From assembly GCA_010093605.1 (NCBI GenBank), contig MU004191.1, forward strand, positions 103,397 to 167,396: a stretch of DNA of 64,000 nt, in the 5' to 3' direction. Position numbers and translations under genes: made by a program. Numbering within the stretch: the first letter of the stretch is position 1; every line of letters begins with the position of its first letter. This DNA is from Lophium mytilinum. Its lineage: Eukaryota. Positions 33,485 to 46,724 of this stretch are shown piece by piece. Below the pieces are notes generated by a model, which saw nothing but the letters and a program-made list of their open reading frames with translations, searched no databases and was not told where the DNA came from.

Positions 33485-36400
33485 TTATCCGCGCACCCTC
33501 TTCACAACTCTCCTTCCGCCCTCACCAGTGACCTGCACAGTCCCCTCCGCCTCAGCCACCCTCAACACTTCCGTAATCTCATTGCTCTCAAAACTCTCGC
33601 TCGCGCCTTCTCTAATCTTCTTGATAAGCTCATTGACTCTCACAGTTCCATGAGCATCGTCCAGCACATCTAGCACGGCCCTCTTAAGCTCCTCCTTCCT
33701 CTTGCGGTCACCGCTACCGGCTCCCTCGGTGAGAAGACCCATATCAATGAGACCAGTTCGCGAATCCGTCGCGGCTTGCTTCAGAGCACTCTTGATCAGT
33801 CGCACAGCCTCGGCGACATCGTGCTCTGTGACGACCGAGCTGAGTCGCATCTTGGCATGCGCTTCTGCTAGACGGATCATGCTTTCCAATTGACGCGTTG
33901 TGGCTGTGATGCGGCGCTCCTGGCTGCGGACGTCAGCACCAAGAGCACGCATCGCGACATACGCATCGACGAGCGCTTTAGAAGCCTCGGTGTTGAGCTT
34001 CGGGTGTATGTGTGCGCGAGCGTACGAGATGTATGCCGTCAAAAACTCGATTGGAAGGATCTCAGCAGCGGACGCGTTCTGTGGTGTATCTTCGAGGTAC
34101 ATGCTCACAAGATGGCGGGCCATCCGGCGATCAGTGGTTTCGTCGATGCGATCAAGAACCAGGTAGACGAGATCGAAACGGGATAGGAGAGTAGGTGGGA
34201 GGTCGATATTTTGTGGAACGGGGAGGTTGATGTTGTATTTGGAGCCGATGGGGTTGGCTGAGGCGAGAATGGAGGTGCGGGCGTTGAGGGTAGTGATGAT
34301 ACCTGCTTTGGCGATGGACACGGTCTGCTGTTCCATCACTTCGTGAAGGACAGAGCGCGTTGAGTCTGACATCTTGTCAAATTCATCGATACAGCAGACA
34401 CCACCGTCGGAAAGAACAAGGGCACCAGATTCGAGGACCAATTGGCGGGTCTCCGGGTCGCGGGTAACGTAGGCGGTGAGACCCACAGCGGATGAGCCTT
34501 TGCCGGAGGTGTAGACGCCGCGCGGAGCGATCTTGTGAACGTACTGTAGCATCTGTGACTTGGCTGTCGAGGGATCACCGCAAAGCAGTACGTTGATGTC
34601 GCCTCTATAGCGAGGGCTACCACCTTTCTCGAAAGATTTGTTCGTACCACCAAAGAGCTGGAGGAGAATGCCCTTCTTCACGTCATCCATTTCGTAGATG
34701 CTAGGTGCAAGAGATCGAGAAAGGAGCTCGTACACGTCGGCTCGCTCGGCAACGGCTTTGATCTTAGCCTCTTCTTCCTCAGAAACTTTTCTTGTCTCCT
34801 CAACATCGCCAGCGACTTGATCTGCAAGCTCTTCTTCTACAGTGGAGACATCGATGCCCATGCGCTTCTTATCGACTTTTTGGATATGTAGAGCGTCAAC
34901 GTAGGTCTTGAAAATGTTCTTGACAGACCTCTGGCGAGGATTGATCCGAACTTGGTTGCACTTGAAGATGCCGGTAATCTCAACCCTGTCACCGGCTTTG
35001 CAAACGTCCACAAGCTCATCGTAGGCACAGAGAGACACTGAGTGCGGTGTCTGGCCATCTGGGACACTATCAGGAGTCTCCTGAAGCTTGATGACTTGCT
35101 TGTCTGCGAATCCAGAGCGTTCGTGTACGATTTGCATCGAGTTTTGCTGAGCGCAGACTGGACGGGGGCAGGCGGTTGGCTCGGCAATCTTGCCACGGTC
35201 AATGTCGACTTTAACTGTATGGTTGCAGATGGCACAGCGGAAGAATGCTAGTTGAAGTCAGCCCTGTACATATTGCGAGCATATCCATGCAACTTACCAT
35301 CCTTCATATCTGGAATGATTGGTGTTGTGCGAATGACTAAACCTTTGATACTGACTAGCTTATCCATGTCTACGCGCAAGTTAGCAAATTTCAAAATTCA
35401 GAACGAATTGACCTGCAACATACCACTTGGGTTCAATTCTCGCAGATTGATGGTTTTATCCAAACCAAAGGGTCTGACTCGATAGGTCTTAGAGTCCACT
35501 TCTCTAACGAGATCAGGAAGATCGGAGGGCGCAGCGGCTGGCGTTCCTGGTGTCCCAATATCTGAGCTTGGCACAGGAGGTAAAGAGCTTGAATCTCGGC
35601 CTCTCGGTCTGGCGCTTCTCGGTTGTTGTGCTAATCTCAGTTCGTTCATACGCTTCTCCGCTAGTTCAATCATGACGTCCTTCACGCAAACATCCATAAG
35701 CGGAATGATCTCGTTGGGGAACGCTTGAAGCTGATGCCAGAGTTTTCTTGTCCTTGGGTAGGACTTCAGATTACGCGCATCCAGATTGAGAGGAGTAATA
35801 CCAAGCTCAAGCATGGCCTTCATCATCTCGACGTACTCCTTTGCCATTGCTGGATGGTTGGCGGGCAGATCTGAACCTTGTTCCAGCTCCTCATCTTGAA
35901 TCATGCGGTACTTCCGCTGGAAGTTGAGCAGGAAGTCCTTCATGGCGTTCATCGAGTCAACCAGAGAGATGTTGGTACCCCAAACTACTCTGGAAGAGTT
36001 TCCACCAAGCACATCAGCGTCTGAAGTATCCGGGTTCATGCTCGAGAATGTAGCGGTTTCTGATGGCATGGCTTCGTGCACCGCCATGCCATTTTCGTCG
36101 ACGAAGAGCCTGCGACGGCGCTGAGAAGAGGATTGTCCCAATATATCGGAATTGATATCACTTCGACGATTGCGGGGGCCACCATTCTCTGATCCGAGAC
36201 CGAGAGAAGACCGGACGAAAAGAGCGCTGCTACTGCTTCGGGGGTCCTGGGCAGATCGTTGGGCGGCATTTCCATTAGGAGCAGGACTGGAGCTGTAATG
36301 GATGGGGGACGAAACTACAGAAGTCAATTCGAATTCTAACAGTATGCCTCATATGCACGTACGTCCGGCATTCTGTCCAGATGCTCTGGGAGTAGTATCG

Positions 36401-36684
36401 CCATCCGACTGCATTAAGGGGGAGCTGGCGCCGGCGCCATTTGCAGCCCCTGAAGCGTTCGCTGGCGACATGAACAACCCGGGTGAATTGGATGTGCCAT
36501 TCTGCTGCAGGCGGCTGGCTCTAGGAGTCCCGCGCTGTGACGACGTGATTGATGCTTCTGAGCGAAGTTGCTGTTCAGCACCGGCGGCGGTTGCTGGGCT
36601 GCTGGAAGGGATTTGAGAATTGCGCGCGCTTCTTCGCGGGGTGGCTGAGGGGCGCTGGGAGCGCCTTGAGGCCGGAGAAGACAT
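33485..36684 (-). CDS. mcm4: DNA replication licensing factor MCM4 (Cdc54)
   Basis: Walker A-like GDPSTAKSQ, IDEFDKM, arginine finger SRFD, ITATTRQLES, VWGTNIS, and an S/P-rich N-terminus. Confidence 0.96.
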
Positions 36685-36774
36685 GATGACAATCTTTCCC
36701 GGAGAGAATGGTGGTGTTGAGGGGCGGTGTTGAGGAAACGGTGAGAGAGGGGAGAAAGAGGCGGGTAAGGAAAG

Positions 36775-36790
36775 CGCGACGCGTCCGCGT
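36775..36790. promoter_or_regulatory. MCB (MluI cell-cycle box) cluster upstream of MCM4
   Basis: CGCGACGCGTCCGCGT containing ACGCGT at 36779-36784, ~95 bp upstream of the MCM4 ATG. Confidence 0.65.
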
Positions 36791-37046
36791 GATTCTGGTC
36801 TAGGCTAGATTAGGGCTTAATTGATTTTTCGTTACTAGGCCCCTCCTTCGGCCTGCACGCCGACAACAGTAAACATCGTCAGGCAACACTATTCTCACTG
36901 CTGCAATTCGTGAGTTTGTCCGCCCTTACTCGACCGCTGTAGTATGGTCGTGATAGTTAAAAGACGACCTCCTCTCTCCGAGAAGTCTACTAAGCATTTG
37001 ATCACCGTGATCTCTAGGAACGAACTCAACCCGATAACTGTTCAAG

Positions 37047-37498
37047 ATGGCTCCACCATCCAAGCTCGCAGTTGCAACTTCATCTTTGGTGCGCTTGGTG
37101 AAGGAAGAAGCTAGCTACCACAAGGAGATGGCCCAGCAAGAGGCTCGCATCAAGAAGCTCGAAGGCGATAGCACCGACGAAAACGCCGAGTATCAGTTGA
37201 GGCAAGAGGTATATTGCCATCGACAGGCGATTGCAAGTAAAGCAGCTAACCTCGTAATGCAGCGTCAAGGACTTGAGGAGACCAAGAACGTCCTCCCTTC
37301 AATGCAACAGAAAATCCAGGAAGCGCTGGCCAGATTGGAGCAGGAGCTTGTAAGCATGATGCATGAAGCCTTCTGTTCGTCACTGACATAATACAGGAGA
37401 GCAACAAGGATTCCGGTGGAGAGCAAGATTCCGAGCAGGTCACCAAGGCGAACAACGCGGTCTCAGATGCGAAGAAGGTCATCAGCGAGGGCTCGTAG
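37047..37498 (+). CDS. rbl2: Tubulin-binding cofactor A (TBCA/Rbl2)
   Basis: LVRLVKEEASYHKE...ENAEYQLRQE|RQGLEETKNVLP. Two GT-AG introns, stop at 37496-37498. Confidence 0.9.
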
Positions 37499-37703
37499 AT
37501 GCGAGATGGAGATCTTGAAAGTGTTCAATTGCACATGTTTGGGATTGCGAGAATGACCCTATCATCGCCATGATGCAAACTCCATGCTCCACGCTATGCT
37601 GTAAACAAAATGAACAAAGTCGATCAGAACTCAGTCAGGGCCATAATCGTCGTGGGCCTGACCATGAGCAGTCATTCATCAGAATTGGCTGATCTAAGCA
37701 ATC

Positions 37704-38771
37704 TCATGATACGTCCATCTGATCGACCGGTCCAATGTCTTCCTCCTCCTCGCCTTCTTCCATTTCCGACTCGTCACTCACTCTTGTGTCTCCAGAGTTT
37801 CTTCCCGACTCTGCCATCTCTGTGTCTTGCTGCGATCTTGACGGAGATGGTGCCCTACTACTTTCCTGAGAAAGCGGCGCAAGCCTCGTCCGCGGGACCG
37901 CAAGCATATCTCCTCTCTCGCCCTCCTGTGTGCCATGCATCGGCGTCGCACCACCCGTATCTGGTCGCGGAGTACCCACAGCGCTTCTGATAACACTCCC
38001 CTCGCCATCATCAACATCATCACTGCTATCCATCCCCTCCTTTCGGCCCGCTTCCTCCTTCTCATCCCTTATTAGTTTCAACATCTGCCTGCTTTCCTCC
38101 ATGATCTTCCCAAATTGCTCCCGCTTGCGATCACGGCTTACCGAACACTCTCTGCCCTCTTCTTGCAGCTCCTCGATCTCGCTGTTCAACTTTTCAAGTG
38201 CGGCGTGCTGGTCCTCTCTCGGCCTCAACTTCTCCTTGTTCGTGATTATGTCCGCCAGCTCATCGTATGTTTTCCGTAGCGCGAGGGTCTTACGCGCCTC
38301 CTCCAGCTGTACCCGTAGCTCAACCGTGTTGTCGCGAATTGCTTGCGCAGTGTCCAGAATGCGCGTCTTCTCTTTGGCGTATCGCTCGCGCTCCGTCTGA
38401 TTACTGTTGTGAATGAGCTGCATGCGCACGATGCTGCTCTCGAAAGTAGAAAAGTCGAAGAGCATTTCCTCTTCCCATAGCTTGCGGCGCGCGGCCTGCT
38501 TCTCGCGCTCAGCTTCAGCGGCCGCAGCGGCTTCATCGGCGGCGGAGGCGTCTGGCGGTGGTGTCGGGAGAGATGTTGGCGGGGAGTTGATCAGGGAGTC
38601 CGGCTTTAGAAGACGGGATGTAAGCCGCTGGAATGGCCTGGCTTCGACTGAGAGGAGACGCGCGACATTATGGATAGAATCTGGAAGGTTAGCTATGTTT
38701 TGGTAGCAGGAGGTGATGTGTCGCATACCTTCTTCGCCCTGAGGCAGAAAGCCGTACTCATATGGGGCCAT
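37704..38771 (-). CDS. THO complex subunit 7 (Thoc7/Mft1-like)
   Basis: RLLSVEARPFQRL, FDFSTFESSIVRMQ, ERERY and RKTYDELA in a coiled-coil protein. One intron after QGEE. Confidence 0.8.
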   Translation of the reverse strand: MAPYEYGFLPQGEEGMRHITSCYQNIANLPDSIHNVARLLSVEARPFQRLTSRLLKPDSLINSPPTSLPTPPPDASAADEAAAAAEAEREKQAARRKLWEEEMLFDFSTFESSIVRMQLIHNSNQTERERYAKEKTRILDTAQAIRDNTVELRVQLEEARKTLALRKTYDELADIITNKEKLRPREDQHAALEKLNSEIEELQEEGRECSVSRDRKREQFGKIMEESRQMLKLIRDEKEEAGRKEGMDSSDDVDDGEGSVIRSAVGTPRPDTGGATPMHGTQEGERGDMLAVPRTRLAPLSQESSRAPSPSRSQQDTEMAESGRNSGDTRVSDESEMEEGEEEEDIGPVDQMDVS

Positions 38772-39406
38772 GATCTGGGAGTAAGGTATCTGCGTCGACG
38801 TGCAGCGAAGTCGAAGGGCGCAATTGAGAGAAGTGGGAATGGTGAAGGTGGAAGTCGTGAAAAGGTAATCACGGGATTCCTGCTTAAGGCCGACGTAGCC
38901 CCGGCTTGGCGCTCTTGGCACTTCGGCGCGATCCACCTCACTACGTAGGGCTGCTCACCAACCTCCAACCTCCAACCTCATTCCTCCCTCCTTCATCCTC
39001 CCGTCACCTCCCTGCGTGCGACACACCTCTCACGACCACGTCGCTACGCTCGACCGTCGCCACCTGTGCGCGTTCTTTGTTCTAAATTCCGCTTCGATAA
39101 CATCTTCCTTCTTTGTCTGCGACCTCATCTCACTTCACTTGTTGGACCGACCGACCACTCGACAGCTCGACATTTTCGTTAGACCGCCTTGATAAGTATT
39201 GTTGGAAGCAGCGAGATCAATATCATCCATGCCGGTATCGCTATCGTTCTCCAACAAACATTTGAGGCGGCTCTTATTTTCACTCTCTATAGCAACTTAC
39301 CAAGGCCAAAGGCCAGCGGGCCTCCCTTAGCCCTCCGAGACCGAGGCCCAAGGACTACGTCTGCCCTCCCATCAACTCCACCTCCGCGTCGTTCAAGCCT
39401 CCCGCC

Positions 39407-40288
39407 ATGGGTGTCGGAAGCCTCCTGAGCATGGCTAGACGCTGTGCGATTCGTCACATTGACACCCTGTACGACGTCGGCACTACGCACCCGTATTCGT
39501 TCTGGCGGCCCATCCTCCTCAAAGTCGATGACCCAGCTCAACTTCTTACCATCGAAACCAATTGCCCGCAACTCCGAGGACACACCGGAGAGCTGTGGGA
39601 GAGGTTCATACAGCGAGACATTCCGCGATGGGCAACGAAGCAACAAGAGCCAGCAGACCCGAAAAACTGGGCAAAGTTCTATCAATACCTGAAGAAAAAC
39701 TCAGATGCAGAGCAGGCCGCACAGGAACAAGCTCTGAAAGAGACAATGCGGAAGCTGAACGATGCTAAGCGCAAGAATACTACCACGATCATCGAGGCAA
39801 AGACAATCGTCAATCCAGTCAAGCACAGGCGTCTCGGCGGTGTCACCGGACCGCGCGCACCTCCAGCCGCGAAAAATGCGAAGACCGCTCTCGACAAGCT
39901 CAAGCGCAGCGTGTACGACGCTCGCCAAGGTCAGCCGAAGGCTGCTATGCTCCCGAACAAGCTGTTGGAGGAGAGGAAAGGCCGTGTCGCCAAGGCTCCC
40001 AAGAGCATGGTCGAGGATCGGAAGCGTATCCAGCTCGGTGCCCCGAGGACGAAGACATGGACGAGCCAGGCCACCCCGACCACCGCTACGAACGTCTCAT
40101 CAACCCCGCGTACTACTGATAAAGCTGTGATGGAGCAGGGAGCTAGGGAGAAGGCGGCCAAGGAGCAAGCAGCCAGGGAAGCTAGGCTGAGAGCGCTCAC
40201 CGCAGGCGGTGCCAGTGCGCCAATGAAGAAGCGAAAGCGCCCGGAAGTCGACCCCTTCATGCCGGCGGTCAAGCGGACTAAGTCTTGA
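39407..40288 (+). CDS. Elongin A (RNA Pol II elongation factor SIII A) homolog
   Basis: BC-box-like VGSLLSMARRCAI, DVG..PY...RPILLKV, QLLTIETNCPQL and LWERFIQRD. Confidence 0.85.
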   Translation: MGVGSLLSMARRCAIRHIDTLYDVGTTHPYSFWRPILLKVDDPAQLLTIETNCPQLRGHTGELWERFIQRDIPRWATKQQEPADPKNWAKFYQYLKKNSDAEQAAQEQALKETMRKLNDAKRKNTTTIIEAKTIVNPVKHRRLGGVTGPRAPPAAKNAKTALDKLKRSVYDARQGQPKAAMLPNKLLEERKGRVAKAPKSMVEDRKRIQLGAPRTKTWTSQATPTTATNVSSTPRTTDKAVMEQGAREKAAKEQAAREARLRALTAGGASAPMKKRKRPEVDPFMPAVKRTKS

Positions 40289-40548
40289 AGCTCCTAGCGA
40301 GTCTTGACTAGACGGAATCTTTCTTATTTCCTTTCTCTGCTGTTTCTGGATTACACCTTGGTCAAATTGTGGTGAATTGCATCTGGTGGAGTACGGCAGG
40401 AGCCCGGCTAGGATAGATACCCTTCCTCACTGAGGGAATACCCGTTACGTATATACGTCACGTAGTGATCAATGATCAATGTTCATGCACACTTGATTCC
40501 CACTGCGCGAGGCCCTTTAGTATGTCATCAATGAGTAAGGAGAAAACA

Positions 40549-41075
40549 TCTGTGTACACTATTCTACAACTACCTAAGGTTTTTCAGTCTTCAGTATATT
40601 TGCAAAGCATTAGGACAAGAAGCGTCTGTAATATGTCTACCACTGCTTGAACTCCTTCAACTTGCTTTCCATAACTTCTGAGAGATAGGTATCTGTGTAC
40701 AATTGCTTGCCGCCGCTAGAGGTCCCTTCATGTGCTTCCAACACGCCCAAAAGAGCATATAGCTGTGTACGCAACTGCCGCCGCTGGAAGACTTTTATCT
40801 ATTTCCATATTTTTCTGAAAAGTCACTAATCTGTGTACACTACTCTGCCACTGCCTGACTTCCTCCAGCGTGATTCCACAGTCTTAGAAAAAAGACTTGC
40901 GTGTACTCTTACTTGCCGCTGTTGGACGACCTTCAACCTGCTCTCGACAAATCTAGAAAGCAGTGTACACGTGTACACTGCATTTGCCGCCCCTTGAGGT
41001 CTTTGATACTGCTATTCAAGATCTAGATTTTGCGGTTCTGCGTACAATGCTCCGCCAGTGCTTGGGGTGCTCCGA
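40549..41075. repeat. Degenerate non-coding tandem array, ~69-bp period, ~8 units
   Basis: Core GTGTAC-like motif at 40552, ~40626 (degenerate), 40695, 40765, 40833, 40901, 40971 and 41040. Most copies are followed by TGCCGC(C/T)G..GA...CCTTCA. Confidence 0.7.
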
Positions 41076-41891
41076 CGTAGTTTATAAGTTGGAGGAGTAG
41101 ACCTGTATGTGTGTTCTTCCTTGCTAATGCGGGGAGTCTTCGGCATCGTTGTGGTCTTCTCTGCTATTGCCTGGGGACCTTCGCTCGGGAATTGATTGAT
41201 GGATCGAGGTATAGTTGCTCACTAGTGCTTTCGAAACTCTGGGAGTGATGTGGGTGTGTAGACTTCTTTGCGACTGCTTGAGGTTCTTTGACGTGACTTT
41301 AGAAGAAGAGTGGGGAATAAGAAGGCAAGGGGATGTGTTGTATGCTCTTTGGCGGTCAGACGACACACTTTGAGTTCTACGTCAACTCATGCTGTAGTAA
41401 AGAAATCGGTCTTCATGTTCCGATGACACGCTGAAGCATCTCAAAACGGAGGTGTAGAACGATAACACCCACGACCCTCCCTCACATCCTCAAGCACGTC
41501 AAAAACCCTCAGTAGTAGCAGAGAAAAGTTTACACGGATACATGCCTGCCTGCCTAGCTATGCATCACCACACCCCTCCTTCAACCGCCCTCCATTCAAC
41601 CCCATCCCAAATGGTCAACCACGGATCAGAAGAAAGCCGCTCAGCCGCCAACACTCCCCAAGAAGATAGAAGTCTTCCAGATCAAGCGAGGCGGTCCACC
41701 CCCTCAACCCTCAAACCAGCCATGGCACACCCCATCCGCGCCCTTGAGCACGACGACCCACCCATCGAGCACCGGATCCCACTGCGGCTTCACCACGTCA
41801 GTATCTTATCGCCAAAATCATATTCACAGAGAGCGCGGTGGAGGGGTCGTAGGATTAGCGGTGCAGGTATGTGTAAGTGATGGTATCGGTT

Positions 41892-42330
41892 CTAGTAGCC
41901 CCCACGCAGGGCAAGTACCAGATGCAGCGTTGCGCCGCCCTCGAGGTTGTATTCCGCAGCTGTCTTGTCGTCGGCCCTGTGAACGTTGCATTAACATGTG
42001 CGAGTCTGTTTCTTGGTGGTGGGGAGACGCACATCTGCTTCCCGCCGAAGATCAGGCGCTGTTGGGCGGGCGGGATGCCCTCTTTCTCTTCGACGCGCTC
42101 CTTTATGCGCGAGACCTGGGGGAGTTGTTAGGTTTAGGTTTCGGGGGGTGGATGGAGGGAGGGGAGCGGGTGGGGGGCGTGCCTTGTAGTCCGGCTCGAT
42201 GTCCAGCTCGATCTCTTTGCCTGTTAGGGTGCGGACCCTGTTCACTGATCAGCAGACACTCCTATCCTATAGCTTTCATGACGCTGAAGCCGGGAGGAAG
42301 GGAGCTGGAAGCGACGTACTTGATCTGCAT
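41892..42330 (-). CDS. nedd8: Ubiquitin-like protein NEDD8/Rub1
   Basis: Four exons splice to [77 protein letters not shown]. Confidence 0.96.
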
Positions 42331-45300
42331 CTTGGTGGTGGTTGCGGAGAGGAAATTGAAACGGGTGTTGGGTGCTGAGAGCGGGGTTCTAGACCCTTTC
42401 CTTGTGGAGGTGCGGATGGGTTTGTTGGGGTGGAAGTAGGTTGAGATTGAGGTTGGTTTGAAGAGAGGTAGCTGGCGAGTGGGTGTGCAGCCTTTGTAGA
42501 GCGAGGCAGCCGTTTGTTGTGAGGTGCAAGCTGGAGTCAATCTCAGGCTGCAGCGGCGTGAATCCGCGGGATGGTGGGGCAAGGCGGGCCGAAAGTCGTG
42601 ACCCGGGTGGCTGAATACAGGGTCTGTGCTTCGAGGTGTGGCGGTGCGGTGAAAGATGGAACCTCGGAATGATGTTGATCATCTTTATAGATTTGTTGAT
42701 GTTGATAGTGTGAATTTGTAAAGCGAGACTGTTATTTCTTTGATTTCTTTCACCGAAGCTGTTGCACCAGTTGCAACTTGAAAGGGAGAGCAACATTATT
42801 CCACAAACAACCTCAGATGCACTATCGAAGCTCTCGTATAGCAGAAATGGATATGTCTCCTTGATTAGTTCTCCTATGATGCTCGAAACTTGAGACTTAA
42901 GGTTCTGCAAAATCCCATAATTTACGAGTCTTCTCACTGTCTTGTGGAGAACTCGGCTTGAAAGTAGACCGGGCTGGATTGCGGTGCTGCTGGTGGGGTT
43001 GAGGTTAATAAGAATATGAGGGGAGGTGGGTCAGTAGAGAAACAACAGAGGAGGTTGCGTTTGGGATGTAAGTCCTGCCAAAGTACCATGTGCAGACTCT
43101 GCTCTCGCGATCCCACTCCTTGATCTCACCTTTCCCCGCGTGTCATCGGAAAGAAACCGAGAAACAGCTAGAAGTCACGACCTGAATCCTAGGTTAGAGA
43201 CCAAACCTCTGATATCCCCTCTACAGTAGGTAGCCCCCCATCCTCAGCCCTGTGCAACACACCCATCTCCTTCCTCAACCCGTCATCCAAACCCCCTCTC
43301 CACACGCGCGATGGTAGATCCACATCCGCAGCCAGCCCTTCTCCTCCTTCCACGCGCTCAATCCCGATCCAGGCTTCCGTACTTTCCCACTTGGGTAGAC
43401 TGTAATGAGGCTGTCATGAACCCGTTTCACGCTTCCCACTCCCCGCGCCTACCTAGTGGGGCCAGTCCCGTCCGCCACGCGTCCGCATCGAGGCGCGTCA
43501 GGGTCGAAATTGGCTGCTTATAGCCGCGCCGCGAAGATGGTGCGCCGCCTCACCCTCGAAATGAGCGTTGCGGGGGGTAGTTGGGCGAGTAGGCGGGGGA
43601 ATTAGGGAGTAGGTACGCCGGGTGCACTGAAAAGAATATCGTGAAACAGCCAAGATATGCTGATTTGGATGGGAAGTGCCCGCGGAGGCTAGGGGAGATT
43701 GGACTGGCTGGACCCAGGATCGGTGGCGCTCGGGATCTGTGTGATCGGCGCAGGGGGTGCGGCGTGGGTCGGAGATTTTGGAGGGGTTTTTTCTCTTCTG
43801 GGCGGTGAGGCGAGATGTTCAGAGCGAGATGAGAGTCGGGGCGGGAGGTGGTATGTAGGTAAAGCAGGCAGTAGATGAGGGTGGTAGGCCGATGGATTCG
43901 GAGATGGAAGGGGAGGGATGACTAAGGGGTTGGGTCTAGATGGGGGAGCTTGAAGATCGTAAAGAACCGGGATCGTTCATGTGCGAGGCTGGATGTGCGT
44001 GCTAGGTAGTCGTGATTGGAGATCAAGAGGGCTCGAAGACGTCTCTAGTGCAGCCATCGTGAAATCCTCGCCAAGATCGTCTGAGCAGCCGTCCGGATGC
44101 ATGCGATGCGCGCGTGGATTGAGAAAAATCTTATTTCTAGCTTTGGAAGCGTGAAACAATTTCGTCTGAAATGGATGACTAGACCAAGAACTCATCCGAT
44201 TGGAGTCATAGCGTGGTGATAGAGACGGTTATGGTCATGGAATGAGGCGTGGATGCAGAAGAAGTTGTTGATACATATCCTGTTGCGTGATATACGGACA
44301 TAGGCTAGTCTTATGTCCATGCCTAGACGTTCAGAACAGCTTGTCTGAAATTCGTGACTGGGCTGAATGCTCGGCCTACTTGATGCAGGTGCTGCTTGTT
44401 ACCGAATAGAGGCTTGGATGAGCACGTTAATGGACTGAGAACTTGAGTACGGATTCAAGATGAGGGGCTAGATTACCAATGCTGCAGTAAGAAGGGTGCG
44501 AGTCAGTGTGATTACAAGGCTGAGATGATCGCAAGGGGGTTCGAGATAGGCATGTGATTGAAGGTTCGACGACACGGCGAGGCTGATGCTGGTTTGCGGA
44601 AATGACAGAATCAAAATAAGTTCGGAGATGAAAAGCTATGCGATCAACGAAAAGGTGATTGCCTTAAAGTTGTCAGATGAAGTCACAAATCGCAGATGAT
44701 CCAAAAGGGGCTACCGCCAAAATGCCACAGCTCCATCTCTCTGTCGGATGCTGGGTCTATTCAATTCTGGTGAAATGCTTTGGGGCCTGGGAGTTGGATC
44801 GCCGGCTCCCGAGTCCATGCCAATGCAATGCATGCATGCATCTAATCCCCATCGTTCCGCTATATGTACAACCCAAGCCGAACCAACCCATCCGCAGCCT
44901 AAAAGCCGGGTATATGTGCAACTATATGCAGTCGCTGGTGAAATGGTGGCTGTTTTGAATATTCCTACTCAAGGAAACAAGTCTGAAGAAAGACACTAGC
45001 AATAAGAATAAGAATATGGATAAGAATGGTAAAAGGTTGACAAGTCGAACTGTCGAAGGCGCAAACATGCTACCGGATAATGACCTGGTGGTCCCCCATG
45101 GAAGAGAAGGCGGTGAGATATGCCTGATATCAGACGCCGTAATGTACCTGAATGAAACTCCAAAACTGAATGCACCGTAAACCGACCCTTGGTAATGGTA
45201 ATGATAGACAACATGGAAGAAAATGATCCGAACATTCTAATGCGACTGGAAAATAATCACAAGTGAAGTGAACCCAAGCCGGCTCATGCTACCAGCTGTC

Positions 45301-46724
45301 GAATGAGGCGATGACACGAACGTTTCTCCAACTTCAACCCTAGCTCTTGTTCGTCGCTACCTAGTCAGGTATTCTGTGTGTCGTCTCCTACGTCTCCGTA
45401 GTCATGAATTTCCGGTCGGCGCAGTTCTTCCACGCTGGAGATGCAGACAGGGACGTGAGCAGGCACATCGGCGGTTGGCGGCGGTGTATATTGCAGTCGA
45501 TGTAAGCATGGCCAGGGTTCCGGAAAGGGTAATCCATGCATCTGGCTCCGCACAAACTGGAAGGCTGACAAAACAAACCATAGTCGCCCCACCAGCTCAC
45601 GCAGGGCTCACTGGGATCTAAGAATTGCGGCTACACACGTACTATAGAAGACCATTGTGGCGGCACGCGAGAGGGTGCGGGTGGGAGCGTGGGTGCCTAT
45701 AACGCCAAGTCGTCTGGACCTGATATCCCAGCAAAGGCGACTTGTCAATGCAGCAGCTGTTGAACGAATGGAGAAAGAAGATAGATGCCCGCAATGGATA
45801 GAGTTGCTGGAGGAAAGCCTGGAAGACGCAGAGTCCGAATTGAGCAGCTGGACACCCAGAAAGCAACGGCTCACCACGCCGCAATATGGTTCCCAGCACT
45901 TTTGTGCGCGGTTCCTGCATGGAGATTGCCACCTACATCACCGACGCAGACTTTCTCCATGCGCGTCGGCAAAAGACGAATCCTTCAGGAACGCGCCAGG
46001 AACCAGCTGTGCCGTCCGTACCCTTGAGCGCTTCGTCCAAGTTCTTCCCCATCTCGCCCGGCAGAAGCCGCGTATCTGTCATCACCTCGATGCAGGAACC
46101 CCGAAGCCCTCGCATTCGCATCGAATAAAGTTGGCGACTGGCGCAGGTCGGCGTCTTGGTGCGCGGTTTCGTGGTGATATCAGGTGCAGGTGGAGACGGC
46201 CCGTCATCTCGCTTCTCCTAGTCAGGGCCCGTGCCTGACCACGCTTACTAGATCGCGCTCTCGACGCTGCGATATCACGGGAGACGGTGCGCCTGGTAGC
46301 TAATTTAAGCTCGTGGGCCCGTTGGCGTTGAACCGGTCTCGCATGGCGTTGATGGCGTGCCTGTCATCGCTATCTCCACCCGCTTTCAGTCTCGCGGAGA
46401 GGCCACCGAGCTCGCTTCACATTGCTGCTGCCCTACAATTCGGCCCGGATAGCGTATTCTTGCCAGTGGAGGGGTCGGCCACGGGCGAGGCTGATCGGCG
46501 AGGCTGGCGGCTGATGCTGTGCCGTGGGAATCCTGTCTGCTACTCTTCCGACGACATGCCGTGCCTTCTCGCGCCCCTGGCTGGCTTTTGCACCTCCGGC
46601 GGGATTTTCGGGACTCAGATCGCTGCGCTTGCTCGTGGTGGGGATATGTCCGGGGTGGCCTTGGGCTAGTTTTGAGCGTTTTGTGGGTTTTTGAATTGGC
46701 TGACCGTACGAGTGCGGAGATACA

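Noticed and set aside
40549..41075. CRISPR interpretation of the periodic array
   Set aside because: Eukaryotic context, no cas genes, repeats far from identical, and the 'spacers' are partly similar to each other.
39407..42330. Functional clustering of Elongin A and NEDD8 (both cullin-ligase related)
   Set aside because: They are convergent with no shared promoter, inside an unrelated housekeeping block. Likely coincidence.
45657..46238. 193-aa ORF
   Set aside because: GTG start, no domain, and GC-rich sequence readily gives spurious ORFs.
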